A DNA stretch of 45,398 bases from positions 1-45,398 of the forward strand of contig JALTIG010000286.1 of the NCBI GenBank assembly GCA_027004185.1, read 5' to 3'. A program made the position numbers and the translations under genes. Shown here piece by piece: positions 10,169 to 20,412 of this stretch. The stretch comes from a bacterium (GTDB lineage Bacteria > Desulfobacterota > S145-22). The notes beneath the pieces are model-generated. The model was not told the origin of the DNA and made no database searches. It saw only the letters and a list, made by a program, of their open reading frames with translations. Every line of letters begins with the position of its first letter. Within the stretch, counting starts at the first letter, position 1.

Positions 10169-10915
10169 ATGATGGAAGGACTGGTTCTCCAACTTATTGA
10201 TTACGGCGAATCCGATCAGATCGTCCGTCTCTTTCTTAGAGAAGCGGGGACCCTTTCGGCTATCGCGAAAGGGATCAAAAAAAGTAAGCACCGGTTCCCC
10301 CATCATCTCGAGCCATTCAGAATCTATACATTCAAACTCGATAAAAAACCCACACACGACCTCTACTGGATTATGTCAGCAGATCAGGTTAAGGCATTCG
10401 ATGGAATCATGCGCGATATTCGGAAGATTGCATTAGGCAATGTCATCATGGAGTTTATCCTTAAAGGAATCCGAGAGGAACAACCTCACGTTGAACTTTA
10501 TGGGCTCGTAACTTCCGTTTTCAAGGAACTCGAAGGCTCAGACAATATCTCTACCCTTTGGTTCTATTCGGAGATACATATTATGAAAATGCTGGGTTTT
10601 TTGCCCAACTTTGTCACATGTCTGCAGTGCAAACGTCCCCTCCCAAGGAACGGCCTTAACCGCTTCGATCCGATAAGAGGGGGATTCATTTGTCCAGCTT
10701 GCCAGGTCAGCCCTCTTGGAAAAGGGATTGATATTGGCCCGGAAGCGTTTGCTGCCCTACAATTTATGAAAAAATCTCCCCCTCAAGCGGCATCCCGGTT
10801 GCACCTAACTGGACCTACTCGTGAGGTAATTGCATCATTTCTCGAAAGATTTACCGAATACTACTTAGAACGTTCTATCAAGTCACGCGCTTTCTTGAAA
10901 GAGGTCATAAAATAG
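10169..10915 (+). CDS. recO: DNA repair protein RecO
   Basis: EGLVLQLIDYGESDQIVRLF..AIAKGIKKSK OB fold; zinc site CLQC...CPAC. Confidence 0.9.
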   Translation: MMEGLVLQLIDYGESDQIVRLFLREAGTLSAIAKGIKKSKHRFPHHLEPFRIYTFKLDKKPTHDLYWIMSADQVKAFDGIMRDIRKIALGNVIMEFILKGIREEQPHVELYGLVTSVFKELEGSDNISTLWFYSEIHIMKMLGFLPNFVTCLQCKRPLPRNGLNRFDPIRGGFICPACQVSPLGKGIDIGPEAFAALQFMKKSPPQAASRLHLTGPTREVIASFLERFTEYYLERSIKSRAFLKEVIK

Positions 10916-12275
10916 GAGGCAAAGATTCCAGCGCCTGGCACATTATTTCGTATAGTTGATCAACCCACGTCAAATGTTCCGGTTTCATTAGGCATGACCT
11001 CAAACAGGTTATTGTTTCGGCATCCCTCTCTATCCCCTCGAGAGAGGGTTCAAAAAAGGAAACAGGAAGTTTTGCTAATGCCAGGTGAAGGTTGAATACA
11101 GCGGATTTTTCGAAAAATGCCCTAGAAAATGTGGACATCTCGGAAACGAGGCTGGCCTTTGGGGCGAATATAACGATGTCAAGTTCAGGGCGAAATGCAT
11201 GAATAAATCGTGAATCTAAGTTTAATCTGTCGTAGAGGGAAAGAGCGGCTGCCCGGCACTTCTCTAAAATTTTTGCGAACTCTCCGCCCCTTTCCATAGG
11301 TAATAGGCGTTGCGTCGCCCACAGGGCTGCGGCTGAAGCGCCAGCCCTAGAACACTCTAAGCTGATTTCCCCTAGATGCATTTCATTGGAGCTGAAATAG
11401 GTGTAGGGGGAATCATGTTTGTACAATTTTCCTACCGAGGGATCCTTAAAAATAATGCAGCCGCACCCATAAGGCTGAAGCCCATGTTTATGTGGATCGA
11501 TTGCGATAGAATCAACCTCATGCAGAGAGTTGAATGCCTGGGTAGTTTTTTCATCCAGGTTGCCCACAAGCGTGAAGTATCCCCCGTATGCTGCATCGGC
11601 ATGGATCCTGAAGCCGTACCTCTCTCGGAGCTGTAGGATTTCTCCGAGGGGATCTACGGATCCCGTTGCTGTGGTGCCCATCGTTGCGACCACGGTTCCC
11701 ACTGGCTTCTTCTTCAAAACATCCTCAAGAACGTTCATATCCATATGGCCCTTAGAATCCACAGCAATAGCCTGATAAGGGATCTTAAGAACATGAGTCA
11801 GGCGCTCATGTGTGTAATGTGCCTGCTGGGATGCCACGATAAGCTTTCCTGGTCTCAGAGAGCCTGACACCCACAAAGCCTCCATGTTTGCTATGGTCCC
11901 ACCACCAGTCAGGTGTCCCAGATGGGTTTCCCACCCAAACATCCTGGCGATTTCAGCCACGGCCTCCTTTTCCATATGGGAGCTGGCCCGCCCCCCATCC
12001 AAGGCATGGTTATTGGGATTGATATAGAGCGCAAGCATGTAGGCAAGGCGGGCAACAGGATGTGGTGGTTTAAGCATTTGTCCGGCATAGAGTGGGTGAA
12101 AATAAGGGTAATTATCCCGCATTTTTTCAGCAACTTCCCGGAGTATAGATCTGATGCGCCCTTGATCTGTTTTTGACTCAAATGGAGGAAGGTTTGAGAA
12201 CCCATCCTCTAAGATGGAAAGGGCTTCTTCCAAGAGATAAAGATCCTTATCATTCAAAATCATATCTTTCTCCAT
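10905..12275 (-). CDS. Group II PLP-dependent amino-acid decarboxylase (GadB/MfnA/PanP-like), substrate unknown
   Basis: GHLTGGGTIAN, AHYTH, TMGTTATGSVD, HADAAYGG, and IDPHKHG carrying the PLP lysine. Confidence 0.85.
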   Translation of the reverse strand: MEKDMILNDKDLYLLEEALSILEDGFSNLPPFESKTDQGRIRSILREVAEKMRDNYPYFHPLYAGQMLKPPHPVARLAYMLALYINPNNHALDGGRASSHMEKEAVAEIARMFGWETHLGHLTGGGTIANMEALWVSGSLRPGKLIVASQQAHYTHERLTHVLKIPYQAIAVDSKGHMDMNVLEDVLKKKPVGTVVATMGTTATGSVDPLGEILQLRERYGFRIHADAAYGGYFTLVGNLDEKTTQAFNSLHEVDSIAIDPHKHGLQPYGCGCIIFKDPSVGKLYKHDSPYTYFSSNEMHLGEISLECSRAGASAAALWATQRLLPMERGGEFAKILEKCRAAALSLYDRLNLDSRFIHAFRPELDIVIFAPKASLVSEMSTFSRAFFEKSAVFNLHLALAKLPVSFFEPSLEGIERDAETITCLRSCLMKPEHLTWVDQLYEIMCQALESLPPIL

Positions 12276-13036
12276 TCAATGTATTAGGTCTCAATGGTCA
12301 GTTGCCCTGACATCCGCTCTGTGCTTTATCCCTCTCCATAAACTCATGCGCTCTTTTCACCTACGAGCCTGCCAATATAAACCTCTGCCTCTCCTAATTG
12401 TATACTCCTTATCATGGGGAACCTGTATATCTTTCTCTTGCGCCGATGTGTCCACCTTGATCTGCTGATAGACCTTGACACGTTCACTATTTTATAGTTT
12501 TTGAATAATTAAAGGATACTCTCCACCCTGATATTGATCCCAGGCTTGCCTCTGTCGAGAACATACATGACCTTAAAGACTCCGACAATCGTTCCAGACT
12601 GCCCCTTGGAATAGCTTAACAGAGAAATGTCTCTTGACCCTGACCTCCTTGATAACCTCTTAAAATGGCACCCTTTTATATTCCATTTTATCTCTTTTTT
12701 TGCAAGGCCATACACCTTTTTATCTCCTTCCCTTTTTTAACCATCTATTTGTTAAACTTGTTTGCTATTTGTGCTTCGAATGGAACCAATCAAAATGTAA
12801 TATTTCAAAAAAGGAAGACAATCTTTCGTTTATTACCAACTTTTGGGCCTAATATGTTAACAACAAATGCTCACACATTTTCCCAAAGCCAGTAGATTAT
12901 AATGAATAGAAAGGCAATTTCTTTTTTGTAAACAGGGTGTTCTTAACGTTTTATGTTGACAAACAACCTATCGTGAGATAAGAAAGACTTTATATGCAAT
13001 AAAATTATTCAATTAGTCTACGTGGAGGTAGCTTTA

Positions 13037-13213
13037 ATGGGTTTTCTTTCGAAAATTATGGGCATAACGCAAGCACCAAAAGAAATCCCCAAATTAGGCA
13101 GAAATGATCCCTGCTGGTGCGGAAGTGGCAAAAAATATAAAAAATGCCACATGGAATCCGATATGCGAAGGCTCTCAAAGATTCGAGCTTCCCGTTGCAC
13201 AATCAGCTCGTGA
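13037..13213 (+). CDS. Small SEC-C motif (zinc-binding) protein, 58 aa
   Basis: [22 protein letters not shown] motif; GGAGG RBS at 13024-13028 favours ATG 13037; ends in TGA (see finding). Confidence 0.85.
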   Translation: MGFLSKIMGITQAPKEIPKLGRNDPCWCGSGKKYKKCHMESDMRRLSKIRASRCTISS

Positions 13214-13456
13214 AGCAGATAGGACGGGAACCGTGAGTTACCCAAGGATGTCTACCAATACATCTGTCCATAAATAACGCCTTCTGGTATAAAAGCTTGA
13301 AGTCGAAACTTGGAACCAATACATATCAAGCTATCCTACCTTCATCAATTAAATCCTATCCCTATGCAAAGTGAAACTTAAAAGGTATATCTGATTTGCT
13401 TTCTATAAAGAAATTCGGTATAAAGTTAAAACTTAACCGAAACAGCGAGGGAGCTT

Positions 13457-14653
13457 ATGTTTGATTTAATAGAAGCCAAGAGTATTCTGAAAGAAGAGGT
13501 AGCAAAATTTGTACAAGAAATTGTCGTGGATAAGGTCAAGGAAATAGAGGAAACAGATGAATTCCCATGGTATATGGCGGAACATTTCTTTAAACGGGGG
13601 TACCTTACACTCCTTATCCCAAAAAAATATGGTGGATTTGGCGGATCCATCATGGATTTCTGCACAGTGGTGGAGGAGATATCTAAGTATTCCGCTTCCC
13701 TTGGTCTTCTCATAATCGTCCATACGACCGGGATCCTTCCCATCATCCTATTTGGAAACGAAAAGCAGAAAAGGCTTTTCTTGGGAGACATCTGTAACAA
13801 CCACCACTTGATAGGGTTTGCCATCACGGAGCCGAAAGCAGGTTCAGACGTTGGTTCTATCCAAATGATAGCAAAAAGTAAGGGGAAGAACTACATTCTA
13901 AATGGAAAAAAATCTTTTGTAACAAACGGGGGAGTTTCTCACCTTTACAGCACATTTGCCAAAACAAATCCTAGGAGAGGCAAACGCGGGTTAACAACAT
14001 TTGTTGTCCCCGCTGACGCTGATGGCATTGTAGTTGGCAAGAAGGACGACAAAATTGGCATGCGCGGGATCCCTTCCACTTCCCTCTCTTTTAAGGATGT
14101 GGAAGTACCAAATACCAATATTATCGGCAGGAAAGGACAGGGGTTTCTTGTTGCCATGGAAACCCTTAATCGTTCTCGACCTGCTATTGGTGCACAGTCA
14201 GTAGGAATTGCAGAGGCAGCCCTTGAACTTGCTGTTCTTTTTGCCATGAAGCGACGGCAGTTTGGAAAACCAATCGCAAAATTAGAAGGTATGCAGTTCA
14301 TTCTCGCTGATATGGCTGCATCTGTTGATGCAGCTCGCAGCCTGGTGTATAAGGCAGCATATTATCTTGATCATAATCACCCCAATGCAACAAAGTTATC
14401 GGCTATGAGCAAATTTTTCTGCTCTGACATGGCTATGAAGGTTACTGTTGATGCGGTCCAGGTTTTTGGAGGGTACGGATGCCTGAAAAGCCGTCCCCTG
14501 GAGCGTTTGATGCGGGATGCCAAGATTACACAGATCTACGAGGGAACCAACCAGATTCAAAGATTTGTGACGGCTGAGCAAATCATCAAGGAACACTTAA
14601 AAACCTATGACCGTTATTTTCGCAAAGAGTTAGAAGAAATGGAATGGGAATAA
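13457..14653 (+). CDS. Acyl-CoA dehydrogenase
   Basis: FAITEPKAGSD, LNGKKSFVTNG, KIGMRG, RRQFGKPI, QVFGGYG, RDAKITQIYEGTNQIQR (catalytic Glu). Confidence 0.93.
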   Translation: MFDLIEAKSILKEEVAKFVQEIVVDKVKEIEETDEFPWYMAEHFFKRGYLTLLIPKKYGGFGGSIMDFCTVVEEISKYSASLGLLIIVHTTGILPIILFGNEKQKRLFLGDICNNHHLIGFAITEPKAGSDVGSIQMIAKSKGKNYILNGKKSFVTNGGVSHLYSTFAKTNPRRGKRGLTTFVVPADADGIVVGKKDDKIGMRGIPSTSLSFKDVEVPNTNIIGRKGQGFLVAMETLNRSRPAIGAQSVGIAEAALELAVLFAMKRRQFGKPIAKLEGMQFILADMAASVDAARSLVYKAAYYLDHNHPNATKLSAMSKFFCSDMAMKVTVDAVQVFGGYGCLKSRPLERLMRDAKITQIYEGTNQIQRFVTAEQIIKEHLKTYDRYFRKELEEMEWE

Positions 14654-14657
14654 CCTT

Positions 14658-16193
14658 CTAGATCGTCAACGGTCTGTCTAGAGAACGGTACTGAATGGCT
14701 TCTGCGATATGAAATGATTGAATATCTTTTGCGCCGTCCAGATCAGCAATGGTACGAGCAACCTTCAAAATTCGGTGATACGCCCGTGCGCTGAACCCAA
14801 GCTGAGAAATTGCGGTCTTTAATAATTCTTCCCCTGCCCCATCCAATCTACAAAAATTTCTGATATCGCGTGTGCGCATCTGAGCATTGGTAAATACTCT
14901 TCGATGGCGGTAAAAGCGTTTTGCCTGGACTTCCCGAGCCCTTTCCACCCTTTCCCGGATGTCAGAGGAAGACTCTGCACCTCCCTTTCCCCGTAACGCC
15001 TCGTAAGGGACGGTCGGAACCTCAATCTGAATATCTATACGATCGAGAAGAGGACCTGAAACCTTCCCTCGGTACCTCCTGATCTGAAGAGGTGTACAGG
15101 TACATACATGATTTGGACTCGCAAAATACCCACAGGGACAGGGATTCATTGCGGCTACTAACATGAATCTCGCTGGGTAGGTCAGAGAAATTGCCGCCCG
15201 CGAGATGGTTACCTTTCCATCCTCGAGAGGCTGGCGCAAAACCTCCAGGACGTTTTTCCTGAATTCAGGCAGTTCATCCAAAAAAAGGACACCATTATGT
15301 GCCAGGCTTACCTCGCCGGGTCGTGGGATCGTACCACCTCCAATGAGCCCCGCGTCAGATATGGTATGATGAGGGGCCCGGAAGGGACGGGTGCGTATCA
15401 AGGGGACCTTCTCATCTGTCAATCCTGCAACACTGTGAATCTTGGTGGTTTCTATCCCCTCTTCAAAGGTCATGGGAGGAAGAATCGTAGGGATTCGGCG
15501 GGCAAGCATGGTTTTCCCTGATCCTGGAGGTCCCACCATCAGTAGATTGTGACCCCCGGCCGTCGCCACTTCGATGGCCCTCTTGGCATGTTCCTGCCCC
15601 CTGACATCCGAAAAATCAACCGTGTCCTCAATCTCTGACAAGTCTTCGGAAGTTAAAGGAGGTTCTATAGGAAGAAGGGGAATCGCATGATTTAAAAACT
15701 CAACAACCTCATGCAAGGCTCTGACACCGTAGACCGGTAAATCTTCCACAACCGCGGCTTCTTTTGCGCTTTCCATGGGTATGATTAATCCAGCCATTCT
15801 CTCCTCACGCGCCCTAATTGCCAAGGGAAGGGCTCCGCGTATTCGCTTGATTCCTCCATCCAGTGAAAGCTCTCCTGCCATCATAAACCGTTTCTCCTGC
15901 TCTGCCTTGATGATCCCCGATGCAGATAAGATCCCGATGGCAATGGGGAGATCAAATAATGTTCCCTCCTTTTTAACATCTGCTGGTGAAAGGTTAATCG
16001 TAATCCTCCTGGATGGAACCTGATACCCAGAGTTTTTCATGGCGCTTCGCACACGATCCTTACTTTCTTTAACGGCTCCGTCTGGCAACCCAACAATAGA
16101 AACATTGGGTAACCCCAGCGCCATATCTACCTCTACATCAACAGATATCGCATCAATCCCAATCACAACTCCACTTTGTACCTTTGCTAACAT
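14658..16193 (-). CDS. comM: YifB/ComM Mg-chelatase-like AAA+ ATPase
   Basis: [82 protein letters not shown]. Confidence 0.93.
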   Translation of the reverse strand: MLAKVQSGVVIGIDAISVDVEVDMALGLPNVSIVGLPDGAVKESKDRVRSAMKNSGYQVPSRRITINLSPADVKKEGTLFDLPIAIGILSASGIIKAEQEKRFMMAGELSLDGGIKRIRGALPLAIRAREERMAGLIIPMESAKEAAVVEDLPVYGVRALHEVVEFLNHAIPLLPIEPPLTSEDLSEIEDTVDFSDVRGQEHAKRAIEVATAGGHNLLMVGPPGSGKTMLARRIPTILPPMTFEEGIETTKIHSVAGLTDEKVPLIRTRPFRAPHHTISDAGLIGGGTIPRPGEVSLAHNGVLFLDELPEFRKNVLEVLRQPLEDGKVTISRAAISLTYPARFMLVAAMNPCPCGYFASPNHVCTCTPLQIRRYRGKVSGPLLDRIDIQIEVPTVPYEALRGKGGAESSSDIRERVERAREVQAKRFYRHRRVFTNAQMRTRDIRNFCRLDGAGEELLKTAISQLGFSARAYHRILKVARTIADLDGAKDIQSFHIAEAIQYRSLDRPLTI

Positions 16194-16271
16194 AGCCCCT
16201 TCCTTGAAAATATACCTTTATTGTGAGAATATACCTCAAAGAACGTAAAATCAAGAAAATGAAAGGGCTAT

Positions 16272-17189
16272 ATGTTGGATTTTCGACAACTCGAAACCTT
16301 CATAAAAGTCGCTGAACTCAAAAGCTTCAGCAAGGCTGCACAAGAAAGTTTCATTACCCAGCCAACGGTCAGCGAACACATTCGTCAACTCGAGAGCGAG
16401 CTGAACACCAAGCTTTTCCTTCGAACAAAACGGGAAGCTTTACTAACTCCTGCTGGCAGAGCTTTTCTTAAACATGCCAAGAAAATCCTCGCTTTACGGC
16501 GCCAAGTTTTACTTGAAATGGGACAGTTTTCAACGACCGTCGAGGGAGAGATTACCCTCGGAGCAAGTTCTATTCCCGGAGAATATATCCTACCCCAAAT
16601 GATAGGAAGCTTCCACAAGAACTATCCTAAGGTCAAGGCAGAACTTCTGATCTCTGATTCCAAAGAGGCGATAGAGTGGGTACTGGAACGAAAGTGCGAA
16701 ATAGGTTTCGTAGGATTTCACCCCAACCATAAACTCCTCGAGGTGTCCCCCTTTTCATCAGACACCATCGCGCCTGTTATCCGTCGATCCCATCCGTTAG
16801 CCACACAATCCGTTTTAACAGTCAGAGACCTTCAAACCATTCCTCTCGTGCTTCGCGAACCTGGATCTGGGACAAGAAGAGCCGTAGAACGCGTCCTAAG
16901 CGAGAGAGGGCTTTCCTGGAAATCATTTAATGTCGCACTCGTTGCAGGAAGCGCTACGGCTGCCATCAATGCCGTCTCGACGGGATCTTTTTTCTCTTTC
17001 CTATCATTAAAATCCATAGAAAATGGCTCCCTTGAAAGAGATCTAAAAGTCTTGGAGGTCTCTGACTTCCCGGCTCTTCACAGAGACTTCTTCATGATCA
17101 GGGGGAAAAAAGACCTTTTGTCCCCCGTTGCCCAGCATTTCATAGACCATCTCATCCAAAACACTGGTGCCTCATCCTCTCCGTTGTGA
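16272..17189 (+). CDS. LysR-family regulator (CysL-like / selenium-metabolism-associated subfamily)
   Basis: LysR HTH SFSKAAQESFITQPTVSEHIRQLE; GASSIPGEYILP and REPGSGTR are typical of the CysL-like group. Subfamily call is from recollection. Confidence 0.85.
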   Translation: MLDFRQLETFIKVAELKSFSKAAQESFITQPTVSEHIRQLESELNTKLFLRTKREALLTPAGRAFLKHAKKILALRRQVLLEMGQFSTTVEGEITLGASSIPGEYILPQMIGSFHKNYPKVKAELLISDSKEAIEWVLERKCEIGFVGFHPNHKLLEVSPFSSDTIAPVIRRSHPLATQSVLTVRDLQTIPLVLREPGSGTRRAVERVLSERGLSWKSFNVALVAGSATAAINAVSTGSFFSFLSLKSIENGSLERDLKVLEVSDFPALHRDFFMIRGKKDLLSPVAQHFIDHLIQNTGASSSPL

Positions 17190-17941
17190 TCGGCGAAGGC
17201 ATAGAAAGGTTCCATTCTCTTATGCGAAAGGAAATGACACCTTGGCTAATCCTTTCCCTTATAATTCACATCGCGACGCTGACAGCCATCGATGTTGTAG
17301 GTCGAAAATATTTCATTAAGGTTTCTGCCCCTGGACCTTTTCGGGTCACTCTGATCGAACCAAGGCATCGACAAACTATTACTAAGAGGCAAACAAAGCC
17401 CAAGAAACATCCCACGAAGGTTTACAAGATCCAGAAACAGCGTATCATAAGATCCATCCCATATACCAAGGTAGTGGTTCGGAAACAACGAATTGTCCGA
17501 CGGATCAAAAATGGCGTCATCCCTACACGGAATCCAAGAGAAGAACGCCTTCAAAAAACCATTGAACGTCTCAGAAAAGAGATTCGGCAACGTAAACCAC
17601 CTCCGGAAAAACCTTTGCTATCTCCAGGTGGCGGTGGAGCACTGGGGGAAAAGAACATCTATTTTTCCGTCATCCGGAACAAGATTATGGAGGAATGGAT
17701 CATTCCTGAAAACCTGATAGAAAACATCTACCACTTAAAGGCCATCGTCAATTTTACCATCCACGCCGATGGTCATATTTCTAACATTTACTTAGAGGAA
17801 AGTTCTGGAAACAAGACTTTTGATGAATCCGCTCTTCGGGCCGTTAAACAGGCCGCCCCTTTCCCCCCTCTTCCTACAAGCATCGGGAAGAAATCGATGG
17901 AAATCGGTATTCGCTTTCTTCCCGAAGAAAAGGAGGGATAG
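17186..17941 (+). CDS. TolA/TonB C-terminal-domain protein
   Basis: TM segment with SLIIH (SHLS-like motif), basic/Pro-rich linker, C-terminal ESSGNKTFDESALRAVKQAAPFPPLP. Confidence 0.8.
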   Translation: MIGEGIERFHSLMRKEMTPWLILSLIIHIATLTAIDVVGRKYFIKVSAPGPFRVTLIEPRHRQTITKRQTKPKKHPTKVYKIQKQRIIRSIPYTKVVVRKQRIVRRIKNGVIPTRNPREERLQKTIERLRKEIRQRKPPPEKPLLSPGGGGALGEKNIYFSVIRNKIMEEWIIPENLIENIYHLKAIVNFTIHADGHISNIYLEESSGNKTFDESALRAVKQAAPFPPLPTSIGKKSMEIGIRFLPEEKEG

Positions 17942-17960
17942 CGGGTCCTCAGGTGCAGGT

Positions 17961-19268
17961 CTACCTCACCAGGGGAAGCTCCTCCCATCGGGTGGTATAC
18001 CGGGGAGAACGAAAAGAGGGAAAACTCCCCCATTTCCGCGTGAGGCCCGAGGAAGCAAAACGAAGCATCTCACCGCCATAACGTGCATTCACGACATCCA
18101 CCGCCCTCATCAATCGGTCTTGCCGGGCCAATTCTTCCCGGCCTTTCGACCAAAAAAGCGACCCCTGCCGCACACTTGACCGGCTCATCTCCATCAGTGC
18201 AACTCCCGCCTTTTTATACTGGTATCCCGACTTGTATATCTTGTCGATACCTTGGCAGGCAGACGCGACAAACAGAGGGGTATAATCCGTCGGGTATGGC
18301 AGGTGCATCGTATAGGCGTTGGCATACTGGGGCCCCTCCCGATAAGGACTGGTACTCAAAAAAACCTGCAGGCAGGCAGCATATAAATGAGCCTTCCGAA
18401 GCTTATTGGCCGCGCGGGTGGCATAGAGTGACACAGCCTCTTTCAGATCTTCCTTACGTTCCACCCATTTTTCAAAACTCCTCGAGCTGACAATCCCCTT
18501 TTTGGATGATGCCACTTCCTCCATGGGTATACAGGAAATCCCTCGCAGTTCCCACACCGTCCGAAGCCCTGTCACGGATAGGTGCCGCCGAGCCCATTCA
18601 TCAGGCACCCATTTTAATTGGTACGCTGTACACACACCGTGACGTTTCAAGGTCTTTTCACGCTGCCGCCCAATCCCCCACACATCCCCCACCTTGATCT
18701 CCTTCAAATAGGCATCTGGGTTCGCCTCCCCCCCAAGGCTGAAAACCCCACCATATACCTCGTCCGATTTGGCTATCTTGTTAGCCACTTTTGCTAGTGT
18801 TTTGGTAGGCCCTATCCCGATAGAAACAGGAATTCCCGTCCACCTTCGCACCGTTTCCCCGATCTCCCGGGCTTTAGACATCATCTCCCTCGGGTCGCCT
18901 GCAGGCAAGGAGAGAAAGGCCTCATCGATGGAATAGATCTCCAGGTCGGGCGCAAAGAGAGACAAAACCTCCATAACACGGTGGGACATGTCACCATACA
19001 GAATGTAATTGGAGGAAAAAACCCGGATGCCATGACGTGCAATCAGCGAACGATACTTAAAAATAGGTCCCCCCATGGGTATCCCCAATGCCTTGGCCTC
19101 ATTGGATCGAGCCACCACGCAACCGTCGTTATTTGACAGAACTACCACAGGACTCCCCTCCAGGGAAGGATCAAAAACCCGTTCGCAGGAAACATAAAAA
19201 TTGTTACAATCTACCAGAAAAAAAATAGAAGCTATGCGAGGGATCTCAGATAAAGGAATGAATGACAT
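17961..19268 (-). CDS. umuC: DNA polymerase V subunit UmuC (Y family)
   Basis: [51 protein letters not shown]-terminal [14 protein letters not shown] 19268 preferred over GTG 19364 because it overlaps umuD less. Confidence 0.95.
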   Translation of the reverse strand: MSFIPLSEIPRIASIFFLVDCNNFYVSCERVFDPSLEGSPVVVLSNNDGCVVARSNEAKALGIPMGGPIFKYRSLIARHGIRVFSSNYILYGDMSHRVMEVLSLFAPDLEIYSIDEAFLSLPAGDPREMMSKAREIGETVRRWTGIPVSIGIGPTKTLAKVANKIAKSDEVYGGVFSLGGEANPDAYLKEIKVGDVWGIGRQREKTLKRHGVCTAYQLKWVPDEWARRHLSVTGLRTVWELRGISCIPMEEVASSKKGIVSSRSFEKWVERKEDLKEAVSLYATRAANKLRKAHLYAACLQVFLSTSPYREGPQYANAYTMHLPYPTDYTPLFVASACQGIDKIYKSGYQYKKAGVALMEMSRSSVRQGSLFWSKGREELARQDRLMRAVDVVNARYGGEMLRFASSGLTRKWGSFPSFRSPRYTTRWEELPLVR

Positions 19269-19668
19269 GAATAACAACTCCCCATATATGAAGGGTCGCA
19301 TCGGGAGGTACCTCGATGGGGGGATACTCTGGGTTTTCTGCCTCAAGAAGTACCTTTGTGCCACGTCGGCGCATCCGCTTGACCGTTAACTCTCCATCAA
19401 CCGCCGCTACAACCACGGCCTTATCCCACGGTTCTAAAGCGCGATCCACCACCAAGATGTCCCTGGGATAAATCCCAGCCCCCACCATGGACTCTCCCTC
19501 TACTCGGACAAAAAACGTGGCAGCAGGATGCCGGATGAGAAGGGTATTAAGATCGAGCGTGTCCTCGATAAAGTCATCCGCAGGGGATGGAAACCCTGCA
19601 GAGACACGCGCCCCATACAAGGGGAAATCCTTTAACAGGCCGGCAAACTCCTCACATTTCCAGATCAT
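19246..19668 (-). CDS. umuD: UmuD (S24 autoprotease, Pol V accessory subunit)
   Basis: [11 protein letters not shown] cleavage region, [15 protein letters not shown] (Ser) and ELTVKR (Lys). Confidence 0.95.
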   Translation of the reverse strand: MIWKCEEFAGLLKDFPLYGARVSAGFPSPADDFIEDTLDLNTLLIRHPAATFFVRVEGESMVGAGIYPRDILVVDRALEPWDKAVVVAAVDGELTVKRMRRRGTKVLLEAENPEYPPIEVPPDATLHIWGVVIHVIHSFI

Positions 19669-19677
19669 ACTTATCCC

Positions 19678-20280
19678 TCAAAGACCAAACTTAATGACAC
19701 TTTGAACCTTCCCCACAATTACGAGATCTTCCCCCTTTTCATAAATCTCTGGTGGGTACGCGAGATTCAGAGAAACCAGGATTATCCGATCTTCCACAAA
19801 AATCACCTTTTTGATCCTTGGCTCTTCCTCGCATATCACCAAAGCCATCGCATTAGTTTCCACGCGAGGCTGCTGATCTACTAAAACAAGATCTCCCTCT
19901 TGAATGGCGGGTTTCATAGAATCCCCCCGTGCCTGAACGAGGAAAGAGCGATCTGTAACCCCAAAGAGACGGGTGGACAGGGGAACCCGGTCTAGAATAT
20001 TACTGTCCGATAGAAACCCTTCCTTTCCACAGCTCGCCCAGCCATACAGGTTTACATATACAACATCCTTCACGGGATCTCGCAGCAGGGTATAATCAGA
20101 GGGATAAAGGGGATTACGCCTCAGATATCCCTTTTTCTCAAGCTGGCGAATGTGATGGGACACCGTTGCGGGGGATCGCACCCCAATCTCCTGGGCAATG
20201 TCCCGCAGAGAAAGACCCTCCACTCCGCGCTTGAGGATTCTCAAAATGGCTACCTGCCTTGGATGAAGCCCCTCTTTCAT
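19678..20280 (-). CDS. lexA: LexA-family repressor (wHTH + S24 peptidase)
   Basis: SLRDIAQEIGVRSPATVSHHIRQLEKKGYL wHTH, ASCG cleavage site, RGDSM (Ser), RIKK (Lys). ATG 20280 is the likely start, since the TTG at 20316 is the -35 box. Confidence 0.85.
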   Translation of the reverse strand: MKEGLHPRQVAILRILKRGVEGLSLRDIAQEIGVRSPATVSHHIRQLEKKGYLRRNPLYPSDYTLLRDPVKDVVYVNLYGWASCGKEGFLSDSNILDRVPLSTRLFGVTDRSFLVQARGDSMKPAIQEGDLVLVDQQPRVETNAMALVICEEEPRIKKVIFVEDRIILVSLNLAYPPEIYEKGEDLVIVGKVQSVIKFGL

Positions 20281-20287
20281 TTGGACA

Positions 20288-20316
20288 AAAATATCAAATA
20301 TAAGTGTATATGTCAA
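20288..20316 (-). promoter_or_regulatory. sigma70-type promoter of lexA-umuDC, probably giving a leaderless mRNA
   Basis: Minus strand reads TTGACA, 17 bp, TATTTT, 7 nt, ATG; no Shine-Dalgarno sequence. Confidence 0.6.
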
Positions 20317-20412
20317 GTAAATTGTTCACAAAATCCCCATAACCACCATCTATACATAAGGCAGCGTGGATGAGAGAATTAACGATACTTGAAAAAGAAG
20401 TAAACATGGCGA

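Noticed and set aside
17627-17636. GGTGGCGGTG match to the tRNA-Met 3' end as an att site for the umuDC cassette (also GGTGCAGG near 17952)
   Set aside because: Only 8-10 bp; the longer match lies in a Gly-codon run of the TolA-like gene, and there is no integrase.
19269-19364. N-terminal extension of UmuC or a UmuD-UmuC fusion
   Set aside because: The extension lies out of frame inside umuD with no recognisable homology, and umuD has a normal stop. The T8 run at 19218-19225 is in frame and too short to claim phase variation.
20281-20316. ORF-track N-terminal extension of LexA (TTG start at 20316)
   Set aside because: That TTG is the -35 hexamer TTGACA; homology starts at ATG 20280.
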